38,860 nucleotides of DNA, taken from contig JAUGWO010000063.1 of NCBI GenBank assembly GCA_049724395.1, positions 124,001-162,860 of the forward strand, given 5' to 3'. The notes under the pieces were generated by a model. That model was not told where the DNA came from. It ran no database searches and worked only from the letters and a program-made list of their open reading frames with translations. The position numbers were made by a program, and so were the translations under genes. Source of the stretch: Spongospora subterranea f. sp. subterranea. Taxonomy: Eukaryota. This document shows, piece by piece, positions 25,040-35,940 of the stretch (within the stretch, counting starts at the first letter, position 1; the number at the start of each line of letters is the position of its first letter).

Positions 25040-28000
25040 ATTTGTAGCAACGTCAGAAGGTTGATAAAAAGTCAACAAATTACGTTGAGCGATTGTGAAT
25101 TCTTTTGTTATGGAATTAATCACGAATTACGTGATGCACTGCGTGATGGGATCCCCGTCGGCAATCCGTTTCCGGCAAGGTCCTGGTAGCGTTCATCAAA
25201 GTTTTGATGTATCTCTCGATATATGTTGTCACGCTCAGTACGCTTGCTTTATCCAGATGCGGAGAACTGCTACAGTGTCTCTTTTACCATCATCATGAAC
25301 GCTTTCAAGCGCAAACACCATTCGGAATCGACCTTGACGGACAGAGGTAGCGTTTTTGAGGACAGCATCCGAACCCGCATTCGTTCCTGCAACCACAATT
25401 CTATTAATTGATGATGATGAGTATCGATTGAAATCTGCTCTATCTGAACAAATGGGTTTTACCAGAGTAATGCGAAGAAGACGTTTGGAATCGTCTCAAC
25501 CAATGCCGTATCTTTAACAACTGGGCTGCCTCTCGGAATGCGCTTGTTGAGAAAAAGTGATAGTTTTGCAGATGCGGTTCGTATGGTTCTCATGCATTTT
25601 CATTCAGTGCAACTGCCTGAACAAGTTAAGGGCACACTTGATTTGCTTGGACCGAGGATACAACGGCCCGAGTTTGATAGAATATCTGTTGAAGTGTGGT
25701 TTCCAGCTTCTAGGAACTCATAAAAGAATGACATCTTTTCCTTTTGTTTTCGTTGACGCTCAAAGCAAAATAGGATCCAGAAAGCCATCAATGTGTTTCA
25801 ATTTTTTTTTCTAACTCAAAGTTTTTTGACCAGAATGGTGCCCGAACTGGGTTGTAAATCATGTATCTGGCCAAGAAGCGGTATGGGGACAGGAATTTGT
25901 ATGCCATCGCTTACCGAAGTGGCAGAGGACATGTGGCAACTCTAATTGCCAGCAATCCTCGAGCGGGTTCATGGATTGACGTTCCCAAAACCCGTCATCG
26001 GGTCACCATGTCCGTTCCAGGGCAAGAACTGATCCAGCAAACTATCAATCGCTATATGGAGGCCCTAATTGACGCTGAAAGAGGATTTGACTGACACATT
26101 ATGCGAGCAGGTTGTTGTTTGGTGACGTCCACATTAGCAAGTGCTGCAGTTCGTGCGTTTACAACATATATTGGCCCGGAGTAGATGGCTTTGCTCCGTC
26201 GATTGCAAATTCTAACATCTGATGCGCTTGTGCCAAAGGGAAATTGTCCAGACGTGTCTGCATAGCAACTCAATCAATTGACAATTCCACAGTTGAGAGA
26301 ACTTGCTAGCAACTTACAGCCGCAGCGCAACGGGACAAAACAATCGTCGATCGTTCGAATCCGTGGTGCCATTAATTCTATGCGAATGATGAAGAAGTGG
26401 TTCATCTGACTAATCAACCCTCAAAGTAGAAGGTTCAAAACGCGGGCTTGGTGAAGGCATTGCCTTCTTTGATCGATTGTCCATTGTTCTGATCTGGTCA
26501 TCGTGAACGCAGAAACTGTTCATAGAGGACTCCTCCACAGTTTAGCTGTTCCAACAATGGCGAAATCTGTCGATGGAATTTGCGTTATGCTGTCAACTAC
26601 AGCGGCTGAGGATGAGGAACTTTTGTTCGCATTCTGTGGGCGACACCGATCACCGTAATCAAAAAAGCAAAAAAGCGGCTAGAACGCTCTTGTAACAGTT
26701 CGCAAGAGGTAGCACAACAGTTTTCTAGAATCGACGCTTGTTCGGACCTGATTCCTTTGTTGGTTTGGACGCCTGATTATCGCGGAAAGGTGCTTCACCA
26801 TGCATCACCCACAACGTGTTCTCGAGTACTGTTTGTTGTTGCCTGTGATCAGGCAATCATTTACGCGGCCTTGATCGAGTTTGATTTATTCAGATTTGAT
26901 TCAATATTCCGGTATCATGACGATGATTACTTTCTTGGTCGAGCCAATGCTGGAACCTGAGTTCCTGATTGGCGCTCCTGTTGCAAGTGTCTGGCTGGGG
27001 CAACACGTTTACGACGCTCGGCATTCCACGGTTTGCCTCCTGACCACGAAATTGTGTCCTACGTGATTTCAATGTGGAACCACACCAAAGAAGGGCAAAA
27101 TGTCGTTTCAAGGCAATTAAAGAATGTAAAGTGGATTTCCGCTCCCTGACTCTTCGGGCCTACATTGACATTAGATGTATTATTTCGTCCTTCATCAACG
27201 CTCATCATCTTCACCGACTGTTACAAAATGAACACAAACTCAACAGCGTTGACAGTTACCAACAATGGAGACGTCGTGAGAATGGTTCAAGAATAAATCC
27301 TTACCCCAGGATGTCCGACCGCAGCTCCAGTGACATTGTTGGAGGTAGATTGTCATTGCCTCAACCATCGAGACCGGAACAACATGCTCAAGGTGTCCAT
27401 GTCTAAAGTGTTCCAAATATCGAAGGAGGAATTTACAACAAAGCAGAAAATTTTGTGGTCCGGCTGACGGTATCAGCTGAATGGCCACACGCACGTTCCA
27501 GCAGGCGCTGGCTTCTGTGCGATGGAAGAACAATATCATATTGCACAACTTGTGGTGTGAATATATGTTCGACGGCCCATCACCGTTACAGTATCGCAAA
27601 TCCTGCTGGGGACCCCAATCAGTGCTTAAGCTGGAGGAGGCTGAGCAACCAGTTGCCAGAGACCACCCCCGCCCATTCCAACAAGTCAGCAGCAAGCTGA
27701 TCAACAGAAAGCAAGTGGTAAGCAGACTTAACGCCATGGACTGTGAATTTCTAACCGTCCGTCTAAGGGAACGGATTACGCCGTCGACCTCGTTCTCATG
27801 GGTCAAACTAAGTCGAAAACGCATTCCAATAAAGTGATATATGAACTGTAAATGCCTTGAGAGGCGGTATATATTATATACCGCCCCATATAAAGGTCCG
27901 TGTCAATTTTTATGGTGATTTCGCATTTGTTTTTTGTAAAAAACAAAAAAAGGTTTCAGAAAAAAATTTACTACTATTTGTAGTTAGAAAATTTGCCATT

Positions 28001-28107
28001 CCACAGGTTTTTCTTATCAAATTTTCCCGTAAAACCAATATTTTGCGAATTATGGTAAAAAGATCGTTGTGGTATATAATATATACCGCCACGGGGTCCG
28101 ATCAGGG
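25040..28107 (+). mobile_element. piggyBac-like element, copy 1 (heavily decayed), transposase with YqaJ-like and SAP inserts; right end intact
   Basis: IDDDEYR, LDRGY and the Cys-rich tail SYCTTCGVNIC; ends ..ATCAGGG|TTAA (28108-28111); homologous throughout to 35595-38860. Left boundary approximate. Confidence 0.8.
27863..28090. repeat. Palindromic subterminal repeats of the piggyBac-like end
   Basis: GGCGGTATATATTATATACCGCC at ~27863-27885 and an inverted copy GGTATATAATATATACCGCC at ~28071-28090; mirrored at ~35612-35631 and ~35815-35837. Confidence 0.75.
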
Positions 28108-28199
28108 TTAAGGAAACTGCGGACCGGGTTTTACCAAATCCTCAGACTGTCCATTTTTAGTGAAATCCACAATACGAGCTGTACGAATTTACACCGATT

Positions 28200-29171
28200 C
28201 CGGTATTTAGTGTGGACACATAATTAGTGTGTACGATATCTTTATTAGTGTGGTACACACTAATACTGTGACAATATGAATTTTTGCGTCACGGAGTTTA
28301 CGGGGCCATATTTTGACAGAAAAAGCAGAATCTAGAATCAAAACTCTTGGTGCGCGTCTACGCTATCTTGTTGCATGCGCCACAGATAAGATTCAACCAT
28401 GCGACTCTTTTGTAATATCAAAAATTAAGGATGAATGGACGCGAAGATGGGAGCTGTATAAATTTGAGCAAATCGAGAGTGGAGTCGGCTTCAAAAACAT
28501 AGGTCGGAAAGATGGAAGAAATTCTGGAGCGATCAAGAATCCTAAGAAGACCTGGTTTTTGCAGCTGGCACCAGATTGCGTTCGAGCAGTTAATGCAATG
28601 CGCAATGAGAACGGCGTGTCGTACGTACGCAAAGCGATGATTCGCTGCGGTTTGTGACTGGATTTACACGGGCAATGGCACACCGGTCAGCTGTCTCTCG
28701 AATTGCAGACGATTATCAAAAATAATCGCCAGTATTTCATGGCAAATTCGTCCCGGCTTTTAATAGTTTAAAGAGGACTATGAAAACATTCTCATCGAAA
28801 AAGACGTTCACGATCTTGCCGCGTAAACGTTGATAAACAGAATCCCCACTCGTAACCCAATGATTTTGTCAGAATATTTGCAATTGGCTTTTGAGCATCT
28901 TCTGCAGTTCCGATGACAGCTGCCCGTATGTCATTACCCATAACGACCATAGATCACCCCGGGGTGTAAGATTTGTTTGCGTTGACAATCCGCACGTCTC
29001 CAGCAAAAAAAGACATCGATGTTAGAGCAGAGGGGACCATAGTCCACATCGCGTGCCAAATTTTATTTTTTTATACACACTAATTTTGGTAATACAAGAT
29101 TAGTGTGTTACACACTAAATGTACTGCGCATTAATCAGTGTGTGTACAATTTATTAGTGTGTTACACACTG
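28200..29171 (+). mobile_element. pogo/Tc1-mariner-type deletion derivative (DDE_1-like fragment) with TTAGTGTG subterminal repeats
   Basis: LRYLVACATDKIQPCDSFVISKIK (QPxD third-Asp motif); clusters of TTAGTGTG/CACACTAA at 28205-28265 and 29075-29170; ends ..CACTG|TA. Confidence 0.65.
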
Positions 29172-29513
29172 TAACGAATTTAGTTGTTACCCACCCACCA
29201 ACAACCCACGCAGTTTAAAACTGCGTACTACACGGTAACAACCCAACCTTTTAAGTCGGTTTTTATGACTTTTTTTTGAATAAAATGACGGTCTGTGTGC
29301 TAGTGTTCCAGTACCAAGTCCTAGGAGTACTAATCGATGATGTCGTGGAAGCCGGATGGAAGACGGGGCTGTCGTATCATTTCAAACCGAGTGCATGCCA
29401 TTTTTGAGCGTTGCGGACAACGACATTCCAAAGAAGCCGAATTAGGCTGGAGCAGCCTGTTTTTGAGAAGAGTTTATAGCGGCTCAGACGAGAAAATGGA
29501 ATAATTGACCGCT

Positions 29514-31595
29514 TTATCCAAAATTATGAAGCGTTTGTTTGTGGTCTATCAACCGTTTCAGCTCGTCCTTCTCCTCAGCGCTCAGCAACAGCATGCACTC
29601 GCCTTTCAAATGGTACGACAGCCCAGCCGTCCATCCCTTTGCGAGGTTCGTTCGCTGCCGTTTGTACAGCCGCCTATCGCCTCTTTCCATGGCTTGATTA
29701 CAGCCGACGCATACAGGGCGAGGACCTTTTGCCGAAACCACCTGGATGGACAGACCCATTGGCATCCGGGATTGCTTATTGTGAACGTTATCAGAACCGT
29801 GGGCATCGGCAAACTTCAATATAGACGCTTTCACATCTAGATCGTCATCGTCACATTCCGAGTCCATCATGGTCAACGCGGTCGAGGTTGTTAGCGGAAC
29901 AGGCTGTAGCCGGTTCTTCAGGTACCATATCCTGGCGATGGCATATTTTGACTGTCGGTATGCCGGTATCGTCTGCCATCGCAATTTGCGATCCAGTAGT
30001 CCATCATATAATAGGGGCCGACCGTGGATAAACACATGTCCAAAAAAATGATTACCGCTTGAATTCGTATAAATAATGGCCGCAAGATCATACTGCCATT
30101 CCCCAATGGTGATTGTTTCTGCAGGCTTCGCCACCATTGGAGACTCAGTCACGACGACTGGAATGTCCAATATTGCTGGATACGTTAGCATTTGCTTTGC
30201 ATCCTCCCGACGCAGACCGCGACATGCCCAGCGATATACATCCGTACAGTTGCCATCAGCATCTATTTCGACTTGAATCAGCCTTCGAAACGCGTCGTCC
30301 GGTGCACCGGCAATGTCCTGCGACAACAGCCGTCACGTCGCAAGGACTTTCAGAAGCTTCGAAGAAAGTTTCCAGCGCTTGTTGGTTTAGGTTGCGCGTC
30401 ATCGCGCTTAGGTTGAGACTTATGTGTGTTCTTTCACAGTTCTTGGAGAAACGCGGTGCCTTCAAGCAGAAATCCGACCCACAAATGGATGCAGACGTTG
30501 TGGTGAATTTAAAGAGGTTTGGGGATTTATCCACAAAAACGTCATCAATACTGCCCCACATGTCATGACAGCCCGTTGGTTCCATCATCAGCGTCTTTGT
30601 GCACCAAACAAAACGTGCACGATCATAGCATTCCGCAGCCAAAAGCGACAACACCTCTTTCAGAACAGGGTCATCGCCTGCTTGCGTTAGCCCGGAGTAC
30701 TTATTCATAAAGAAGATTAGCATTAGTGCAGTATCCATAGCACAGGTGTTTGTCGCGGCGAAGTCGCCATACTTGAAACTCCAAGGTATGCCAAAAGACT
30801 CCATATGCAAATCGTCTCCGACCTTCGGGACGAGTTTCCTACTGCCTTTGGGACGTCCAATCCTAGGATTCGATGCGAAATCACTGTTTTTGTCTGGAGG
30901 GCGCCCGTCATTAACATATTTGCTTTTTTTCGCCGGTTTTTTATATCGCAGCGCTGCTCCTTCCTTGGCAAGTGCATAGTCCATTTGTATCTGTTTTACA
31001 TAACGATATGAATGGTCCATACATTCTGCGATTGACAGCTTTTTCCAATGGGGCACAACGTTGAAAGTCTCCACCGAGACATTCCTGCGCGTTGGTGTTG
31101 TCCGACAGTAGGGAGAGGTCTGCTTTCGCCATTGCTGGAAATATATGCTGGCCACGAACTACGTGCCATGTGAGCCACTTCTTGATTTTGGGTATTTCGG
31201 ATCAGGTCATGAACTTGCCAGACGAAGGCTGCCCAGAGTCTATTTTCAAGAGACCACAAACGGACGTGTAAAATGCTGATTCTTTACCAGGCGGGACCAA
31301 CGCGCCGTTTCTGCGTACCCTCGTCAGTGTCCTTTTTAAGTGGACAGAACAGCACCGGTAGTATCTCTCGAGGACGACATCAACATCTGCTGACACTTTA
31401 CAATGAGTCCGCAATGCCATTTCAAAACCGGCTCGCTCTGCATCAGAAAAATCGCGAAGTGTTGCCAGGAAAAGTTGACTCCCATTCGCTAAGATCATGC
31501 GACATAGACATTGTCTGGAAGAGTGCCGCAAAATGGCTGGCATAGTGCAGGGCACTCTTGCCCATCAATATCGATATCAGCAACGGGATTGTTCG
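29514..31595 (-). pseudogene. MULE-like transposase fused to USP/papain-like cysteine protease and PARP-type zinc finger; frameshifted, 5'-truncated at Gypsy junction
   Basis: DFSDAERAGF, YRCCSVH (CxxH) and DNTNAQE (catalytic E); NTCAMDTAL (Cys box) and AIIY..GNHF..LLYDGL (His/Asp box); CVGC..YHLKGEC. Spread over collinear minus-strand ORFs. Confidence 0.65.
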
Positions 31596-31597
31596 AT

Positions 31598-34093
31598 TCA
31601 TGTAGCTGCAGGAGTAGGTAAGAGCTGATCCGGTTGAAGTATAGATCTTCGCCGCACCTTCCAGATAGGGTCGGTTGGTTGAATTTCGTATTCGGGACGC
31701 CGCGACAACGCATCTGGTTTTCCTGATCGACTACCAGGTCGGTGCACGATGACGAACGGATATTCAGCGAGCATTAATGACCAACGAGCTTGTCGGCGAC
31801 TGAGAGTCTTGGACGAGGTAAAATAAATCAAATTCTTGTGGTCGCTGTACACGATGATTTTGTGCTGTGCTCCCTCTAAAAAATGTCTCCACACTTGAAA
31901 CGCTACCACGATCGCGAGTAGTTCTTTGTCATGGACATCGTAGTTCAATTCCGAAACTGTTAATGTTCTCGAATAGAACGCAATAGGATGTAATTTACCG
32001 TCCATTTGCGGTTGCGAACATCACAGGGCGCCGGGGCGAAGTCTGACGCATCGGCCTCAATAATGATAGGTAAGATAGGGTCAAAATGTTTCATAACAGG
32101 CGCTGTGGTGAACGCTCGTTTCAGGGTCCCGAACGCGGACTCGGCCGCGGCCGACCAATCAAATGGTTGATCTTTTTTCGTCAGAGACGTCAAAGGTGAA
32201 GATATTTTGGCGAAATCTACGATGAACTCCCTGTAGAAATTAGCAATGCCTAGGAAACTTTGGACGTCCTTGAGTGTTGAAGGTGTCGCCCAATCGAGGA
32301 TAGTCTCCATCTTACTTCAAACCGGATCCATCTTGATGCTGCTGTCGGTGACCAGATAACCGAGGAATCGACTTCCTGAGCGTCGAACACGCATTTTTCC
32401 AGTTTTGCAAATAAACCAGCTGAACGCAACTTGGAAAGTACTAATCGAACATTAACGTCGTGCTGCGGCGCGCTCTCCGAGTAGATCAAAAGGTCGTCGA
32501 GGTAAACAACCACAAATTTGTCGAGGTATTCACGGATAGGACGTCGTTCATCAACTTCTGAAAATAACCGGGAGCCTTCATTAGCCCAAACGGCATTACC
32601 GTATACTCGAAATTTCCATATTTGCAACACCAAGCGGTCTTCCACTCGTCGCCGTCCTTGATTCGGAGTAGGTTGTAAGCGCCTCGTAGATCGATCTTCG
32701 TGAATATTTTGGCAGAAGACAGTTGGGCTAAAATATTTTGGATAGCAGGAATTGGATAAGGCTCCTTCTTGGATATATTGTTGACATCGCGGTAGTCGAC
32801 GCACAGTCGGAGGCTGTTGTCCTTCTTCTTTACAAAGAGTATTGGTGATCCTAACGGTGATTTGGAGTGGCGAATGAATCCTTTCTTGAGGTTGTCTTCG
32901 ATGTACTGGCGCAAAACCTTTTGTTCGGTCTGGCCGAGTTTGTAGACCTTCCTGTATGGCAGCGGGCCAGTCTCCTCTTTAAAGTTGATGGCGCAATCAT
33001 ATGTGCGATGTGGGGGGCAAGTATGGCGTTTTTCTTCTCGAACACGTCCTGGAATTCGCCATACTTGTGGGGGATAAGGCTGCATTCGCTTTCGATGTCA
33101 TTGTTGCCGATATATATTGTGTTGCCATGGCCTATCGGTATACAGGTGGGCACTCTTGTCGGTAATAGGAAAACGTGGGGTGATTGTGCGGGCCTTTCAA
33201 TCAATCTGTGGGTTTAGTTCGTGAAGCCATGACATCCCCAGTATAATAAATCCCCAAGCCCGTTCAATGACATAAAGACTGGTCAATGATTTGATGCCCG
33301 AGATCTCTAGTCGTAGTGGCAATGTTCGATGGCTAATAAAGAGAGTCTGAACACATCGATAACTTCAACCTATAACGGTCTAGCGAAGTCGGACGAGCGG
33401 GATGCTGTTTCGAAGCTTCTGCAAATGTGGTTTCGATAAAAGCAGAGGACGCACCACTGTCGATTAAACAATGTAGTTGGGTGGATTGGGATTGGTGCCA
33501 TGAGACCGTAATAAGGGAACTGAATAATGTCTCGCATGTCGAGTTATCCATACATGACGATGCTAATCGGAGAGGTGGCTCAGCATTATAGGTCCAGATG
33601 GTGATGTATTGGATGAAAAACGGTTTCGGTTCGCCAATAGGGGGCAGGCGGCCGGTAGGATGGCCAGCATCTCCACAATATCTGCACAAATTGTGTTCCC
33701 GGCGGCCTGTTCGTTCCGACTCATCCAGTCGCGGGCGGCCGGTGGTTCTGAGCGAATCGACCATCATGGAGTCGGTACCCAGAATCGACCTCGGGGTGGC
33801 GCTGTGGGTGTACTTGCGTTGACCTCGTGGGCGCGTTCAAATAGGCGATCGCCGCATCTAGATGGCCGTCATGATTAGGGCGAGCAAGTCGGCTGGCTCC
33901 GGGCACGTCAACAGCAAGTCTTTCACATCCTCGTTGAGGCCCTTTCGGAACTGGTGTAGCGTCGCAGCGCCGTCCCAACCTGCGTCGGTGACCAGCAGCT
34001 GAAACTCGCTGGCATACGTAGCGACTGGGCGGCGACCTTGGCGCAGCGCCTCCAATCTCGTGCGGCTGTGACTGCTTTGTTCGGATCCTCGAA
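31598..34093 (-). mobile_element. Degenerate Ty3/Gypsy retrotransposon (gag-PR-RT-RNase H), truncated at both ends
   Basis: gag LRQGRRPVATYASEF..FRKGLNEDVKD, zinc knuckle CRYCGDAGH, protease LIDSGAS, RT LRLCVDYR/IDLRGAYN/YLDDLLIYS, RNase H DASDF/ELLAIV/DHKNL; no integrase or LTRs. Confidence 0.93.
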
Positions 34094-35940
34094 CCATTTG
34101 AAAAGGCGAGTGCATGCTGTTGCAAAGTCCTGGAGCAACGAGCTGAAACGGTTGATAGACCACAAACAAACGCTTCATAATTTTGGATATTGCGGTCACA
34201 TTATTCCATTTTCTCGTCTGAGCCGCTATAAACTCTTCTCAAAAACCAGCTGCTCCAGCCTAATTCGGCTTCTTTGGAATGTCGTTGTCCGCAACGCTCA
34301 AAAATGGCATGCACTCGGTTTGAAATGATACGACAGCCCCGTCTTCCATCCGGCTTCCACGACATCATCGATTAGTACTCCTAGGACTTGGTACTGGAGC
34401 ACTAGCACACAGACCGTCATTTTATTCAAAAAAAAAGTCATAAAAACCGACTTAAAAGGTTGGGTTGTTACCGTGTAGTACGCAGTTTTAAACTGCGTGG
34501 GTTGTTGGTGGGTGGGTAACAACTAAATTCGTTACAGTGTGTAACACACTAATAAATTGTACACACACTGATTAATGCGCAGTACATTTAGTGTGTAACA
34601 CACTAATCTTGTATTACCAAAATTAGTGTGTATAAAAAAATAAAATTTGGCACGCGATGTGGACTATGGTCCCCTCTGCTCTAACATCGATGTCTTTTTT
34701 TGCTGGAGACGTGCGGATTGTCAACGCAAACAAATCTTACACCCCGGGGTGATCTATGGTCGTTATGGGTAATGACATACGGGCAGCTGTCATCGGAACT
34801 GCAGAAGATGCTCAAAAGCCAATTGCAAATATTCTGACAAAATCATTGGGTTACGAGTGGGGATTCTGTTTATCAACGTTTACGCGGCAAGATCGTGAAC
34901 GTCTTTTTCGATGAGAATGTTTTCATAGTCCTCTTTAAACTATTAAAAGCCGGGACGAATTTGCCATGAAATACTGGCGATTATTTTTGATAATCGTCTG
35001 CAATTCGAGAGACAGCTGACCGGTGTGCCATTGCCCGTGTAAATCCAGTCACAAACCGCAGCGAATCATCGCTTTGCGTACGTACGACACGCCGTTCTCA
35101 TTGCGCATTGCATTAACTGCTCGAACGCAATCGGTGCCAGCTGCAAAAACCAGGTCTTCTTAGGATCTTGATCGCTCCAGAATTTCTTCCATCTTTCCGA
35201 CCTATGTTTTTGAAGCCATCTCACTCTCGATTTGCTCAAATTTATACAGCTCCCATCTTCGCGTCCATTCATCCTTAATTTTTGATATTACAAAAGAGTC
35301 GCATGGTTGAATCTTATCTGTGGCGCATGCAACAAGATAGCGTAGACGCGCACCAAGAGTTTTGATTCTAGATTCTGCTTTTCTGTCAAAATATGGCCCC
35401 GTAAACTCCGTGACGCAAAAATTCATATTGTCACAGTATTAGTGTGTACCACACTAATAAAGATATCGTACACACTAATTATGTGTCCACACTAAATACC
35501 GGAATCGGTGTAAATTCGTACAGCTCGTATTGTGGATTTCACTAAAAATGGACAGTCTGAGGATTTGGTAAAACCCGGTCCGCAGTTTCCTTAACCCTGA
35601 TCGGACCCCGTGGCGGTATATATTATATACCACAACGATCTTTTTACCATAATTCGCAAAATATTGGTTTTAGGGAAAATTTGATAAGAAAAACCTGTGG
35701 AATGGCAAATTTTCTAACTACAAATAGTAGTAAATTTTTTTCTGAAACCTTTTTTTGTTTTTACAAAAAACAAATGCGAAATCACCATAAAAATTGACAC
35801 GGACCTTTGTATGGGGCGGTATATAATATATACCGCCTCTCAAGGCATTTATCAGTTCATATATCACTTTATTGGAATGCGTTTTCGACTTAGTTTGACC
35901 CATGAGAACGAGGTCGACGGCGTAATCCGTTCCCTTAGAC
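34093..35940 (-). repeat. Near-identical inverted duplicate of 27761-29614 (~1.85 kb arm)
   Basis: Matches the reverse complement base for base apart from a few small indels/substitutions; includes the piggyBac end, TTAA and pogo-like fragment. Confidence 0.95.

Noticed and set aside
28200..29171. Repeated TTAGTGTG motifs as a CRISPR array or telomeric repeat
   Set aside because: Short, irregularly spaced and in both orientations, with no cas genes; they fit transposon subterminal repeats.
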